Assembly: GCA_003602605.1 (NCBI GenBank)
Contig: QQRW01000038.1
Span: forward strand, 7,924-54,061
Length of the DNA stretch: 46,138 bases
Origin: Candidatus Poseidoniales archaeon
Lineage (GTDB): Archaea > Thermoplasmatota > Poseidoniia > Poseidoniales > Poseidoniaceae
Reading direction: 5' to 3'
The notes under the pieces were generated by a model that was given only the letters and a program-made list of their open reading frames with translations, did no database searches and was not told where the DNA came from. Position 1 is the stretch's first letter; every line of letters begins with the position of its first letter. The position numbers and the translations under genes were made by a program. Positions 19,002 through 29,143 of this stretch are shown here, piece after piece.

Positions 19002-19922
19002 TCAGTTCAACATCTGTTCAAAGTCTGAAAGACGTTGGCTGAAGGCCTCCAAACTCATCGATTGAAGCGCTTCAGTGCCAAACGATTCGAGAGTGAAGCT
19101 GGCGCTAACGGTTGCTGAGAGCAAAGCCTGCCGTAGTTCATCTCGTGAAAGTTCACCTTCGCCTGTTGCGAGGTGGGCAGCAATAGAGCCAGCAAAAGTA
19201 TCCCCACATCCGGTCGGGTCAACAACATGTTCTGTCGGATAGGCCGGCAATGAAATGATGTCGCCACCATGAAAAGCGATAACACCGTGTTCACCTCGCT
19301 TGACGACCAGTGTTTTGACACCAATCATCTCCAAGACCTTTCGAGCGGCTCGAACGAGGTTTTCATCGTCGGCTAACATGCGAACTTCACCGTCGTTGAT
19401 GATGACAAGATCGACACTTTGCATGACCTCAAGCAGAGAATCCTTTGCGATATCAATCCAAAGATTCATCGAATCAAGCATTGACAATCGGCGTGGTGAT
19501 GCTTGTTGTAAAACGCTTGCTTGCAACGCTGGGTGAAGGTTAGCGCAGAATGTAATCTGTGGAGAACGGTGGGTTTCTGGAACCTTTGGCTCAAAGTGTT
19601 CGAAAACATTGAGATGTGTTTCATGAGTTTGTGCTTCTGCCATCGTTCCATGGTACGAACCTGACCAGCGGAATGTATCCCCCTCCGCAGTCTCAATACC
19701 CTGCAAATCCAGCCCGCTGCTGGACAACAACATACGGTCTTTTTCTGAAAAATCTTGACCTACTACGCCAACCAATCCTACTTTCTCAAGGGACAGTCGC
19801 TTCGAATGAAACGAACAAGCGAGACCTGCATATGTTGCTGAGCCACCAAGTGCGTCTTTGACGTGACCAAGGGGTGAGGCGACACTGTCGTAAGCGACAC
19901 TTCCAACGATGAGTACATCCAT
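19002..19922 (-). CDS. PfkB/ribokinase-family carbohydrate or nucleoside kinase
   Basis: VGSVAYD, LGGSATY, INDGE, VKRGEHG, VVDPTGCGDTFAG. Confidence 0.93.
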   Translation of the reverse strand: MDVLIVGSVAYDSVASPLGHVKDALGGSATYAGLACSFHSKRLSLEKVGLVGVVGQDFSEKDRMLLSSSGLDLQGIETAEGDTFRWSGSYHGTMAEAQTHETHLNVFEHFEPKVPETHRSPQITFCANLHPALQASVLQQASPRRLSMLDSMNLWIDIAKDSLLEVMQSVDLVIINDGEVRMLADDENLVRAARKVLEMIGVKTLVVKRGEHGVIAFHGGDIISLPAYPTEHVVDPTGCGDTFAGSIAAHLATGEGELSRDELRQALLSATVSASFTLESFGTEALQSMSLEAFSQRLSDFEQMLN

Positions 19923-19972
19923 GTATTGCCGTAAAGCGTTGAATACTTGTCCCTTTCGCATCAATCAAGTGC

Positions 19973-21313
19973 TTATCCAAGCAACTCTTCATGCATGTCA
20001 ATGTATTGAATCGTGATGTCCCGGTTGAGGAAGTCCTCTTCATCCATTATACGCCGGTGAAGCGGAATCAGGTGTTCAACACCGGAAATAACCGTTTCAT
20101 CAAGAGCAGTTCGCATGCGTTTGACTGCATCATCGCGATCTCGACCCCAAACCAAAAGCTTGGCCAACAGCGAGTCAAAGCAACCTGGCATTTCGTAACC
20201 AGGGTGAGCGTGCGTATCGACACGAACTCCATATCCGGATGGGAAATGACATTCCCAAAGGCGACCTGGGCTGGGAATAAATTTACGAGGATCTTCGGCG
20301 TTCAATCGACATTGAATCGCGTGACCGTGCCATACAATCTCCTCCTGCTGTAGAGGAAGTTCTTCGCCTTGAGCAACGCGTATTCCTAGTTCCACAAGAT
20401 TATGGCCGGTGATGAGTTCAGTAACGGTGTGTTCCACCTGTACTCGAGGATTCACTTCCAAGAAGTAAAAATCCCCGTTCGAATCACGTAGGAACTCAAA
20501 AGTGGCTAAGCCTTTGTAACCCACCGATTCAGCACCCTTGCAAACCAAAGCTCCGATTTCTTCACGCTTCGCCTCGTCCAACCAAGGTCCTTCTTCGACC
20601 AGTTTTTGATGGCGGCGTTGAATCGAACAGAAACGTTCTCCGAAATGAATTGCTTTCTTGCCGTCACCTAAGACTTGGAATTCAACGTGCTGCGCACCTT
20701 GAATGTACTTCTCTACGAAAACTCGCTCATCGCCGAAAGCAGACCGTGCACGGGATTGGCACAGTTTGAGGGCGTTTTCAAACTCGTCGGATTTCTCGAC
20801 GATTTGCATACCAATGCCACCTCCGCCTGCAGCTGCCTTGATAATGACTGGATAACCGATGTCTTCAGCGAGTGCGGATGCCACAGCTGCATCAGAAATC
20901 GGCTCGGAAGAACCCTTAGCGGTTGGAAGGCCTGCAGCCTCCATTGCTGCACGAGCCTCGATTTTATCGCCAAGAAGCGTGATGACATCAGCCGACGGAC
21001 CGATGAACGTGATACCCTCTTCTTGCAATCGGCGGACAAATGTAGCGTTTTCAGCAAGGAAGCCGTATCCAGGGTGAACAGCGTCACAGCCCATCTCTTT
21101 TGCGGCATGAATAACCGATTCGATGTCGAGATAAGTATCCAAAGGATTCGCCTTGTAATTCGCATACGCCACATCAGCGAAACGAACTGGCAGAGAAAGG
21201 CGGTCTTCTCGGCCGTGAATAATCGCAGCCTCAATGCCCATGTCACGTAGAGTTCGGAGAATTCGAAGAGCTATTTCACCGCGGTTCGCAATGAGTACAC
21301 GCTTGAATGCCAT
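19973..21313 (-). CDS. Biotin carboxylase subunit (acetyl/propionyl-CoA or pyruvate carboxylase type)
   Basis: VLIANRGEIA, HPGYGFLAEN, KAAAGGGGIG, CSIQRRHQK, FLEVNPRVQVEH, RLNAEDP, DSLLAKL. Confidence 0.96.
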   Translation of the reverse strand: MAFKRVLIANRGEIALRILRTLRDMGIEAAIIHGREDRLSLPVRFADVAYANYKANPLDTYLDIESVIHAAKEMGCDAVHPGYGFLAENATFVRRLQEEGITFIGPSADVITLLGDKIEARAAMEAAGLPTAKGSSEPISDAAVASALAEDIGYPVIIKAAAGGGGIGMQIVEKSDEFENALKLCQSRARSAFGDERVFVEKYIQGAQHVEFQVLGDGKKAIHFGERFCSIQRRHQKLVEEGPWLDEAKREEIGALVCKGAESVGYKGLATFEFLRDSNGDFYFLEVNPRVQVEHTVTELITGHNLVELGIRVAQGEELPLQQEEIVWHGHAIQCRLNAEDPRKFIPSPGRLWECHFPSGYGVRVDTHAHPGYEMPGCFDSLLAKLLVWGRDRDDAVKRMRTALDETVISGVEHLIPLHRRIMDEEDFLNRDITIQYIDMHEELLG

Positions 21314-21515
21314 GAGTTACTCGAAGAGCAATTACTCTATGATGCCAACGGTCAAAGTCGATACAAAAGTGTCCATTTCCACAGTGTCATTTGTGTCGAT
21401 AAAAGTTCCATCACATGTCGAAACTGACCGGATTCCAGTCATTGGAATCTATGTTTATGATATTTTCAAGAAAAAACTCCGCAAAATTGATATCACATGA
21501 CTGCGATGTGAGCAC

Positions 21516-21989
21516 ATGACGCAGAAACCCCGAACCGGAGCCGAGGCTCTCGACCAGTTAGCAGGAAAGGATTTGAACAGAGATGGACGCATCGTAAATT
21601 TAGTCATTTGCGGCAATTCCAAGTTTTACGATTACGCATGGCTTGAAGATAAATTGGACGTTTGGGTAGAAGCAAACGCCTATCCCGATCTCATCATCTT
21701 AGGAGGCGCCAGCGGCGTTGATTACTTAGCAGAGCGCTGGGCGAACAACAACAACATCCAGCTCGCTGTGTTTAGCGAAGCATGGACAGCTCCTCGTCCG
21801 AACTCTGCGCATGATTCTGGACGACCGGAAGCGGTGGCAACCTTGGCAAAAACCATGCTCGACAGAGCCACGCACATGCTCTCGTTCCCAGGACCCGATT
21901 CAGTATGGACGAAAAGAATGGAGGAAAGAGCCGTTGAAAACGGTATTCCAGTGACAAGTGTACCCTTGCCAACTGAAGGACTGGAGTGA
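21516..21989 (+). CDS. SLOG-superfamily (DUF2493/YspA-like) protein
   Basis: VICGNSKFYDY, IILGGASGVDYLAERWA, FPGPDSVWTKRM. Confidence 0.78.
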   Translation: MTQKPRTGAEALDQLAGKDLNRDGRIVNLVICGNSKFYDYAWLEDKLDVWVEANAYPDLIILGGASGVDYLAERWANNNNIQLAVFSEAWTAPRPNSAHDSGRPEAVATLAKTMLDRATHMLSFPGPDSVWTKRMEERAVENGIPVTSVPLPTEGLE

Positions 21990-21992
21990 TTC

Positions 21993-23243
21993 TCAGTAAA
22001 CGTCGCGCAAGTAACGCTTCTCTTCTCGCATCATGGTCGTGCCAATGAAGTGTGTTGCGTCGTCTTCCGACATTCCACCGTGTTCCATGGCGATTTCAAT
22101 GAGTGCTCGATGAACGTCTTTAGCCATGTAGGTCTTGTCGCCACAGATGTAGAAGTAAGCACCGTTTTCAAACCATTCCCAAATGTCAGCGCCATGTTCT
22201 TTGAGGCGGTGTTGAACGTAGATTTTCTCTTCTTGGTCGCGTGACCATGCAGTTGTGAATTTGTACAAATCTCCACTGTCCATCCATCCTTCAATCTGTT
22301 CCTTATAGTAAAACTCAGTTTTAGCAGATTGGTCGCCGAAGAACAACCAATTTCGGCCTTTACCACCATCAAAAACCCGTTGTTCCATGAACGCTCTAAA
22401 TGGAGCGATACCGGTTCCAGGTCCAACCATGATGATGTCAACATCTTTGTCCTCTGGAAGGATGAAAGACTTGGTAGGAGACATGAATACGCCGATTGGT
22501 TTGCCGGTAGTATCAATTTCATCGGCCAGATATTGAGTGCAAAGACCACCGCGAGGGCGATTGTGGTATTCGAATCGAACAATACCTACGGTTAGTTCAA
22601 CAAATCCAGGGTGTGCGTCGTGAGAGGAAGCGATCGAGTAGAGTCGAGGTTTGAGACGAGCAACCAAGTCGAGGAACTCCTCGGGAGAGTACTTAACACC
22701 AAACTCTCGCATGATGTCAACATAGTCACGGGTCCAAAGGTAGTTTTCAATTTCTTTTTCGTCTCCGAGAAGAGCCTCTACCCTTGCAGCTGGATCGTCG
22801 GATGCTTTGCTGGTGGCAAGTCCGGGAGGAGTGGCTGAAGAATCAGAAGATTCCCAATCCTCGCTTGAACGGCTACGAGCCACAATTTTCAAAGAAATTT
22901 TCATTCCGGATGAGACGACTTTTCCGGCAAGGGATTGAACAAACTTCTTGTTCGCCATGTGGACCTCAAAATCCTTCTTGAGAGCAGTGTACAAGTCGCG
23001 CTCTCCGTTGTGAGTCTCTACAATGTAATCTCTATCCCAGCCTTGAAGTTCAAGAATCTCCTCAACGATGTGAGGGGGATTTTCAGACATGACACCGAGG
23101 GCATCACCGACCTTGTAGTCAAGGCCAGAGTCCCCGAGTGCAAAGACAATGTGACGGGTCTCTTTACGAGAACCCTCCCCGTTGAGAATATAATTCTCGG
23201 TTATTTCAGTCATGTAAGGATTCTTTGCGCTCCAATCGGACAT
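21993..23243 (-). CDS. CysJ/CPR-like FAD/NAD(P)H oxidoreductase lacking the flavodoxin domain
   Basis: KETRHI, YKVGDALGV, PRLYSIASS, GGLCT, IMVGPGTGIAPFR, LFFG, AWSR..KIYVQ, YICGD, RYLRDVY. GGTGA SD before ATG 23243. Confidence 0.9.
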   Translation of the reverse strand: MSDWSAKNPYMTEITENYILNGEGSRKETRHIVFALGDSGLDYKVGDALGVMSENPPHIVEEILELQGWDRDYIVETHNGERDLYTALKKDFEVHMANKKFVQSLAGKVVSSGMKISLKIVARSRSSEDWESSDSSATPPGLATSKASDDPAARVEALLGDEKEIENYLWTRDYVDIMREFGVKYSPEEFLDLVARLKPRLYSIASSHDAHPGFVELTVGIVRFEYHNRPRGGLCTQYLADEIDTTGKPIGVFMSPTKSFILPEDKDVDIIMVGPGTGIAPFRAFMEQRVFDGGKGRNWLFFGDQSAKTEFYYKEQIEGWMDSGDLYKFTTAWSRDQEEKIYVQHRLKEHGADIWEWFENGAYFYICGDKTYMAKDVHRALIEIAMEHGGMSEDDATHFIGTTMMREEKRYLRDVY

Positions 23244-23412
23244 AATATCACCCACCAACCCAAGGCTGTAGTTGGTCCACAATGGGGACACTTATCATGC
23301 TTATTGAGCGATGTTGATGCCGATTCGCACGGCGTCACAGGACCCTCAAAAACCTTCACAATTTTCAAGGATGCAAACGGCCATTTATATGGTAAACCTC
23401 TTACTTGACTGT

Positions 23413-25023
23413 ATGACTCAAATCAATAAACCAACAGCACTGATTGTAGGCTCCGGCCCCGGAGGACTCGCAAGTGCGCTACTGCTCGCCCATTCGGGAG
23501 TAGATGTAACCATCCTTGAGAAAGAAGAACAAGTCGGCGGACGTACCAAGCTCGTACACAAAGACGGCTACACCTTCGACCGCGGACCCACCTTCTTCCA
23601 TTATCCTGAAGTGATCGAGGAAATTTTTCAAGCCATTGGCCGAGATGCTCACAAAGAACTCGGACTCATGCCGCTTGACCCAATGTATCGCCTCGTTTTC
23701 GGTGCAGGCGGACACATCGATGCAACCAGTAACCTTGACGAGATGACCGAAAGAATCCGTGAACTTGCAGGTGACAAGAACGCTAAAGGATTCGAAAAGT
23801 ACGTTCTTCAAAACCGAAAGAAACTCGAATTCTCCAAGCAGTGCCTCCAGACTCCATGGACCAGCCCTCTCAATATTCTCTCAAAGAGAGCAATGCGAGT
23901 TGCGACCATCCTCAAACCGTGGGCAAGTGTCGCAGGAGATTTGAGCAAACACTTCGACGATGAGCGTGTAAGACTCGCCATGTCTTTTCAGACCAAGTAC
24001 CTCGGCATGAGCCCTTTCCACGCCCCATCGTTGTTCACAATCCTCGCTTTCCTCGAGTATGAACACGGAATATTCCACGCTAAAGGCGGCCTCGGCAGCA
24101 TCACCAAGCGAATGGGTGAAATTGCTGAAGAAATGGGTGTAAAAATCCGTTGCAACACTCCCGTAACATCCCTTATCTACGAAGGTAAGACCGTAGTAGG
24201 CGCCCGAATTGAAGGCGAAGAAATCATGGCCGACAAAGTTGTCGTTAACGCAGACTTCGCTCACGCCATGACAACGCTCGTTCCAAACGAAAAGCGTAAG
24301 AAATGGTCCGACAAGAAACTCGAGAAGAAGGGATATTCATGTTCAACCTTCATGCTTTATCTCGGTGTTGACAAGCAGTACGATCTCCCTCACCACCAGA
24401 TCTATGCTTCGTCTGCATACGAAAAGAATCTTCATGACATAACCAACCACAAACTCACTTGGGATGACCCGTCAGTTTACGTTCAAAACGCCAGTATCAC
24501 CGATGACAGCCTTGCGCCGGAGGGACATTCCACAGTTTACGTCCTGGTTCCAGTCCCGAACACCCATGAAACCATCGTGTGGGACGACATCAAGGCTGAC
24601 TATCGAGACACAGTCATCAAGCAACTAAGCAAGCTGGGCTACGACGATATCGCAGACCACATCGTTTCCGAGACTGTCGTCACCCCCGACGACTGGGGCG
24701 CATCCGACATTTACCGTGGTGCGGTATTCAACCTCACGCACGACCTCAAGCAAATGCTATGGCGACGCCCGCAAAACAGGTTTGAAGAAGCGGACAATCT
24801 CTACATCGTTGGCGGAGGAACACACCCCGGCAGCGGATTGCCGACCATCTTTGAAAGCGCACGTATCAGCAGTAAACTTCTGCTCGCTGACTTGGGAATG
24901 CGCCCTGATTGGAACGGTGTCGACTCTTGGTTCCAAGATGTTCGCAGACCTAAGGTCGGAAATACAGCTGCTAAGCCTGCACAAGCCACACAGAGAACGA
25001 CTGGTGACGGTCATGCTGCGTGA
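23413..25023 (+). CDS. crtI: Phytoene desaturase family (CrtI) protein
   Basis: IVGSGPGGL, EKEEQVGGR, GYTFDRGPT, SCSTFMLYLG, VLVPVPN, VGGGTHPGSGLP. Confidence 0.9.
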   Translation: MTQINKPTALIVGSGPGGLASALLLAHSGVDVTILEKEEQVGGRTKLVHKDGYTFDRGPTFFHYPEVIEEIFQAIGRDAHKELGLMPLDPMYRLVFGAGGHIDATSNLDEMTERIRELAGDKNAKGFEKYVLQNRKKLEFSKQCLQTPWTSPLNILSKRAMRVATILKPWASVAGDLSKHFDDERVRLAMSFQTKYLGMSPFHAPSLFTILAFLEYEHGIFHAKGGLGSITKRMGEIAEEMGVKIRCNTPVTSLIYEGKTVVGARIEGEEIMADKVVVNADFAHAMTTLVPNEKRKKWSDKKLEKKGYSCSTFMLYLGVDKQYDLPHHQIYASSAYEKNLHDITNHKLTWDDPSVYVQNASITDDSLAPEGHSTVYVLVPVPNTHETIVWDDIKADYRDTVIKQLSKLGYDDIADHIVSETVVTPDDWGASDIYRGAVFNLTHDLKQMLWRRPQNRFEEADNLYIVGGGTHPGSGLPTIFESARISSKLLLADLGMRPDWNGVDSWFQDVRRPKVGNTAAKPAQATQRTTGDGHAA

Positions 25024-25636
25024 AACTTTACTCGCTTGCCTCACGGTATTGATGTTCCTTGCTGGATGCGTCCAACCTGATTCGATGATTGAAGATGAAT
25101 CCTCAAACTCAAACCAGATTCCATTTGAACTCACCTTCTCGGCTGACACACTCGACCGAGAAGAAGACGGCACCCCTGAATTCGACTTGAAAGAGCAATT
25201 GGAAGACGGACCGGTAATGCTTCTGTGGATCGGTGCTGGTTGCACCGGTTGCCATGACTGGACGGACATGATTCGTGAGAAAGTGGATGAAGGCATGTTT
25301 GAAGAATCTAACATGACCATCGTAAGTGTTCACCGATGGGGTGAATTCGAGTCGAAGTCCGATGTCGAAAAGGTATTTGGAATTGAGAACGAATCAGAAC
25401 ACTACACACCTTGGACAATTGTCACGCCATCAGAACTCACCCAAGCAGAAGACTTCAACACCGAACAAAGCACCGGGGCTTCGATTTACTCCGCATATGG
25501 CAATCCCGGAACACCGACCCTACAGGTTATTGCTCCAAACGGGGTACTGGCATGGCAATCGAAAACTTATTGGGCCAATGAAACCGTCTTTGAGGACGGG
25601 TTTTCGTTCTTTGAACGACAGGTGAACGAAGAGTGA
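25013..25636 (+). CDS. Thioredoxin-fold (redoxin) lipoprotein
   Basis: Lipobox FLAGC; CTGC motif; GTPT cis-Pro loop. GGTGA SD before ATG 25013; overlaps crtI by 11 nt. Confidence 0.8.
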   Translation: MLRETLLACLTVLMFLAGCVQPDSMIEDESSNSNQIPFELTFSADTLDREEDGTPEFDLKEQLEDGPVMLLWIGAGCTGCHDWTDMIREKVDEGMFEESNMTIVSVHRWGEFESKSDVEKVFGIENESEHYTPWTIVTPSELTQAEDFNTEQSTGASIYSAYGNPGTPTLQVIAPNGVLAWQSKTYWANETVFEDGFSFFERQVNEE

Positions 25637-25688
25637 ACCTCAAAGACCCCGAGGGTCTCCAAGAGTTAAGCAGCCTGCAAGGCGGCCG

Positions 25689-26504
25689 GTGAAAACCATG
25701 GGTGAAGGCATTAAATTACCAGTCATAAATGGACTGGGTCGAACAAATCGTATCGATAACTGGCTCAACAAACCGATTGCAATGGGGCTGGGCCTCACCG
25801 CTGCAATGCTCTACACAGCATGGCGATTGTTCCTCTTCCCAGAATCGATCTCGTATGAACTCGAGGGCTCGAAAGTCATATCACCAATCTTCTCACCAAA
25901 TGTCCTTGAATGGGAGTTGTTCGGTCTCAAAGACTGGGATCATCCGTCTTGGGTCAACGCTGCAGTTCTTGTGCTGTGGATTCCTTTTGGATTCCGAGGA
26001 ACCTGCTACTACATGCGCAGAGTCTACTATCGGACGTTCTTCGCCAGTCCTGTTGCGTGCTGGGTTGACGAACCAGAAATCAATAAGAAACTCGGATACA
26101 AAGGCGAAAAGCGTCTTTTCATCTTCAACAACCTCCACCGCTACTTCCTCTACGCAGCCATGATTATTCTGGTCATCAAGTGGTGGGATGTCACCCACAC
26201 CCTGCATTTCAGTGAAGGATGGGGCATGTCGCTGGGCACACTGGTGATGGCTGTCGAAGCATTCCTTCTCACGATGTATGTCACGTCTTGCCATGCTCTG
26301 CGCCACCTTGCCGGCGGCGCATTGGACCGCTGGACAACCGGTATCAGCCGAATTCGAGGCAAATTGTTTGGACGCATCAGCATCATCAACCGTTCGCACG
26401 GATTTTGGTTTTGGACCTCTCTTACCTTCGTTTTCTTTGGAGACCTATGGGTTTTAGCTGTCAGTAAAGGCTATTTGAGCGATGTGGCGCTGTTTGTAAT
26501 TTGA
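25689..26504 (+). CDS. Succinate dehydrogenase membrane anchor, actinobacterial Sdh1 (Rv0249c-like) type
   Basis: SPIFSP, FRGTCYYMRRVYYRTFFASPVAC, NLHRYFLY, SCHALRHLAGG, RSHG. About 5 TM helices; precedes sdhA/B. Confidence 0.82.
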   Translation: MKTMGEGIKLPVINGLGRTNRIDNWLNKPIAMGLGLTAAMLYTAWRLFLFPESISYELEGSKVISPIFSPNVLEWELFGLKDWDHPSWVNAAVLVLWIPFGFRGTCYYMRRVYYRTFFASPVACWVDEPEINKKLGYKGEKRLFIFNNLHRYFLYAAMIILVIKWWDVTHTLHFSEGWGMSLGTLVMAVEAFLLTMYVTSCHALRHLAGGALDRWTTGISRIRGKLFGRISIINRSHGFWFWTSLTFVFFGDLWVLAVSKGYLSDVALFVI

Positions 26505-26513
26505 GGTGAAAAA

Positions 26514-28367
26514 ATGACTGAAGAATACAAGAAGTACGAATACGATGTTATTGTCATTGGGGCAGGTGGCGCTGGGCTCCGTGCAGCGATTGAAGCAGCA
26601 CGAAGCGGTGCTAAGACCGCCATCATCACCAAATCTTTGCTTGGAAAGGCACACACAGTCATGGCAGAAGGTGGTTGTGCAGCAGCACTCCAAAACGCTG
26701 ACCCAAGAGACGGTTGGAAGGTTCACTTCCACGACACCATGAAGGGAAGCAAATGGCTTGCCGATTGGAGAATGGCTGAATTCCATGCAAAAGAAGCACC
26801 AGACCGTGTTCGAGAGCTCGAACAATGGGGCGCAGTCTTTGACCGAACCCCACAGAACACCATCAATCAACGAAATTTCGGTGGGCATACCTTCCCTCGC
26901 CTCGCCCACGTCGGTGACGCTACGGGTCTCGAACTCATCCGCACCCTCCAGGAGCGTGGAATCCACGAAGGTATTGATATCTTCATGGAATACACTGTTC
27001 GGCACCTTCTCAAAGAAGGAGACAGAGTTACTGGATGCGTGGCTTACACTCGCGTTGACGGTGACTTCCATGCCTTCTCTGCCAAGTCAGTCGTCCTTGC
27101 GACCGGTGGAATAACACGTTGCTGGTCAGTTTGTTCAGGCTCTTGGGAGTATACCGGTGATGGACACGCTCTTGCCCTTTGGGCTGGTGCTGAACTCCGT
27201 GATATGGAGTTCGTGCAATTCCATCCAACTGGAATGGTATGGCCTCCATCGGTCCGAGGCATCCTTGTTACCGAAGGTGTCCGAGGCGAAGGTGGTCGTT
27301 TGACCAATTCAGAAGGAGAGCGATTCATGTTCAATTATGTTCCAGAAATGTTTGCCGGCGACCACGCAGAAACCATCGAAGAATCTGACCAGTGGGTCGA
27401 AGAGGTGGTTTCTGGAAAACTCGCTACCGTCCGAAGACCTCCAGAATTGCTTACTCGTGACGTTGTCGCAAAGGCAATCAATTCCGAAGTGAAAGCAGGT
27501 AGAGGATCTCCGCACGGCGGTGCATTCCTCAACATTTCACACCGTGGAGAAGAAGCAATTTTGAAGAAATTACCATCCATGCACCACCAATTCAAGGAAT
27601 TAGCAGGTGTTGATATTTCGAAAGAACCGATGGAAGTTGGACCGACTGCACACTATGTGATGGGCGGTGTTCGAGTGAACGCTGAAACCCAAGAAAGCAA
27701 TGTTCCGGGACTCTATGCCTGCGGCGAAGTTGCCTCTGGACTCCACGGAGCAAACAGACTTGGAGGAAACTCATTGTCTGACCTCATCACCTTTGGCAAG
27801 AGAGCCGGAGAACATGCTGCAAAGCGCTCAAAAGATTTGGCACAACCTACCATCGATGATGGACAGGTCCAATCGGCCATCGAAGTTATGCTCGCACCAC
27901 TGCAAAGAGGCGAAGGTGAAAATCCTGGTATAATTTACGATGAAATGCGTGACATGATGCAGGCAAAAGTTGGAATCATTCGTACCAAGGAAGAAATGGA
28001 AGAAGCAATGGACGACTTGAAAGCGTTCGATCAACGACAAGCTACATGTTTCCCTGGCTCATCTCGCAAATACAATTCGGGATGGCACCAAGCACTCGAC
28101 CTCAAGAACATGGTCGATGTATCAACTGCAGCCACCCTCGCTGCTCTCACACGCGAAGAAAGCAGAGGTGGCCACACAAGAGACGACTTCCCTGGAGAAA
28201 TCGAAGAATGGGGGAAGATTCTCAATATCATCTACATGGAAAACGGGGAAATCAAGGTTCGACAAGAACCCGTTGAAGAGATGCGCAGCGACTTGAAAGA
28301 CGCCCTTACTGAAGTGAAGGCGATGATTGCGGAACGAGCTGCAGAACAAGCAGGAGGCGATGAGTAA
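26514..28367 (+). CDS. sdhA: Succinate dehydrogenase/fumarate reductase flavoprotein subunit
   Basis: [62 protein letters not shown]; GAGGTGA SD. Confidence 0.96.
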   Translation: MTEEYKKYEYDVIVIGAGGAGLRAAIEAARSGAKTAIITKSLLGKAHTVMAEGGCAAALQNADPRDGWKVHFHDTMKGSKWLADWRMAEFHAKEAPDRVRELEQWGAVFDRTPQNTINQRNFGGHTFPRLAHVGDATGLELIRTLQERGIHEGIDIFMEYTVRHLLKEGDRVTGCVAYTRVDGDFHAFSAKSVVLATGGITRCWSVCSGSWEYTGDGHALALWAGAELRDMEFVQFHPTGMVWPPSVRGILVTEGVRGEGGRLTNSEGERFMFNYVPEMFAGDHAETIEESDQWVEEVVSGKLATVRRPPELLTRDVVAKAINSEVKAGRGSPHGGAFLNISHRGEEAILKKLPSMHHQFKELAGVDISKEPMEVGPTAHYVMGGVRVNAETQESNVPGLYACGEVASGLHGANRLGGNSLSDLITFGKRAGEHAAKRSKDLAQPTIDDGQVQSAIEVMLAPLQRGEGENPGIIYDEMRDMMQAKVGIIRTKEEMEEAMDDLKAFDQRQATCFPGSSRKYNSGWHQALDLKNMVDVSTAATLAALTREESRGGHTRDDFPGEIEEWGKILNIIYMENGEIKVRQEPVEEMRSDLKDALTEVKAMIAERAAEQAGGDE

Positions 28368-29134
28368 TGTCACTGAAAGGAAAGAAGCAAGATTTCACAA
28401 TCCTCCGAGGCGAAGGCGAAGAATCAACACTGGAAGAGTTCAGTATCGAACTCGATGAAGGAATGGTCGTTCTAGACTGTGTCCACCGAATCCAACACGA
28501 ACAGCAACCTGACTTAGCAGTTCGCTGGAACTGTAAAGCTGGAAAGTGTGGTTCCTGTTCTGCTGAAATTAACGGCCGGCCACGCTTGATGTGCATGACC
28601 AGAATGAGTGATGTGGTTGCTGAAACCCCAGCAGGTAAGCCCATTGAGATTCGTCCAATGAAGGCATTCCCCCACGTCAAAGACTTGGTTACTGATGTTT
28701 CTTGGAACTATGAGATTGCTCAAAAAATCAAACCAATCAATGGACCTGAAGAAATGAACTGGGAGTTCAACCAAATGGAAGCAGATAGAGTGCAGCAATT
28801 CCGTGAATGCATCGAATGTTTCCTTTGCGTCAACACCTGCCACGTCTTGAGAGATCACGCCCTGTTCGATGACTTCGCAGGACCTCGAAACTTGGTTCGA
28901 CTTGCACAGTATGAGATGCACCCGCTTGACACTGAAGACCGTGTTCCAGAGATTAAGAAGGAATTCGGAATCGAATACTGCAACATTACCCGCTGCTGCA
29001 CTGAAGTTTGTCCAGCAGGCATACAGATCACTGATGACGCAATCATACAGCTCAAGGAACGAGTTGTCGACCGTTATTATGATCCATTGCAACGTATTTG
29101 GCGAACGCTCACTCGGCAAAAGGTTCGCTATTGA
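28367..29134 (+). CDS. sdhB: Succinate dehydrogenase/fumarate reductase Fe-S subunit
   Basis: NCKAGKCGSC...C, CIECFLCVNTC, CNITRCCTEVCP. Confidence 0.96.
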   Translation: MSLKGKKQDFTILRGEGEESTLEEFSIELDEGMVVLDCVHRIQHEQQPDLAVRWNCKAGKCGSCSAEINGRPRLMCMTRMSDVVAETPAGKPIEIRPMKAFPHVKDLVTDVSWNYEIAQKIKPINGPEEMNWEFNQMEADRVQQFRECIECFLCVNTCHVLRDHALFDDFAGPRNLVRLAQYEMHPLDTEDRVPEIKKEFGIEYCNITRCCTEVCPAGIQITDDAIIQLKERVVDRYYDPLQRIWRTLTRQKVRY

Positions 29135-29143
29135 GGCGATCAA

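Noticed and set aside
24716-25012. N-terminal extension of the redoxin ORF overlapping crtI
   Set aside because: The SD and lipoprotein signal place the start at 25013.
25644-25658. AGACCC-CGA-GGGTCT hairpin upstream of the sdh operon
   Set aside because: Only 6 bp with no U-tract; too weak to call.
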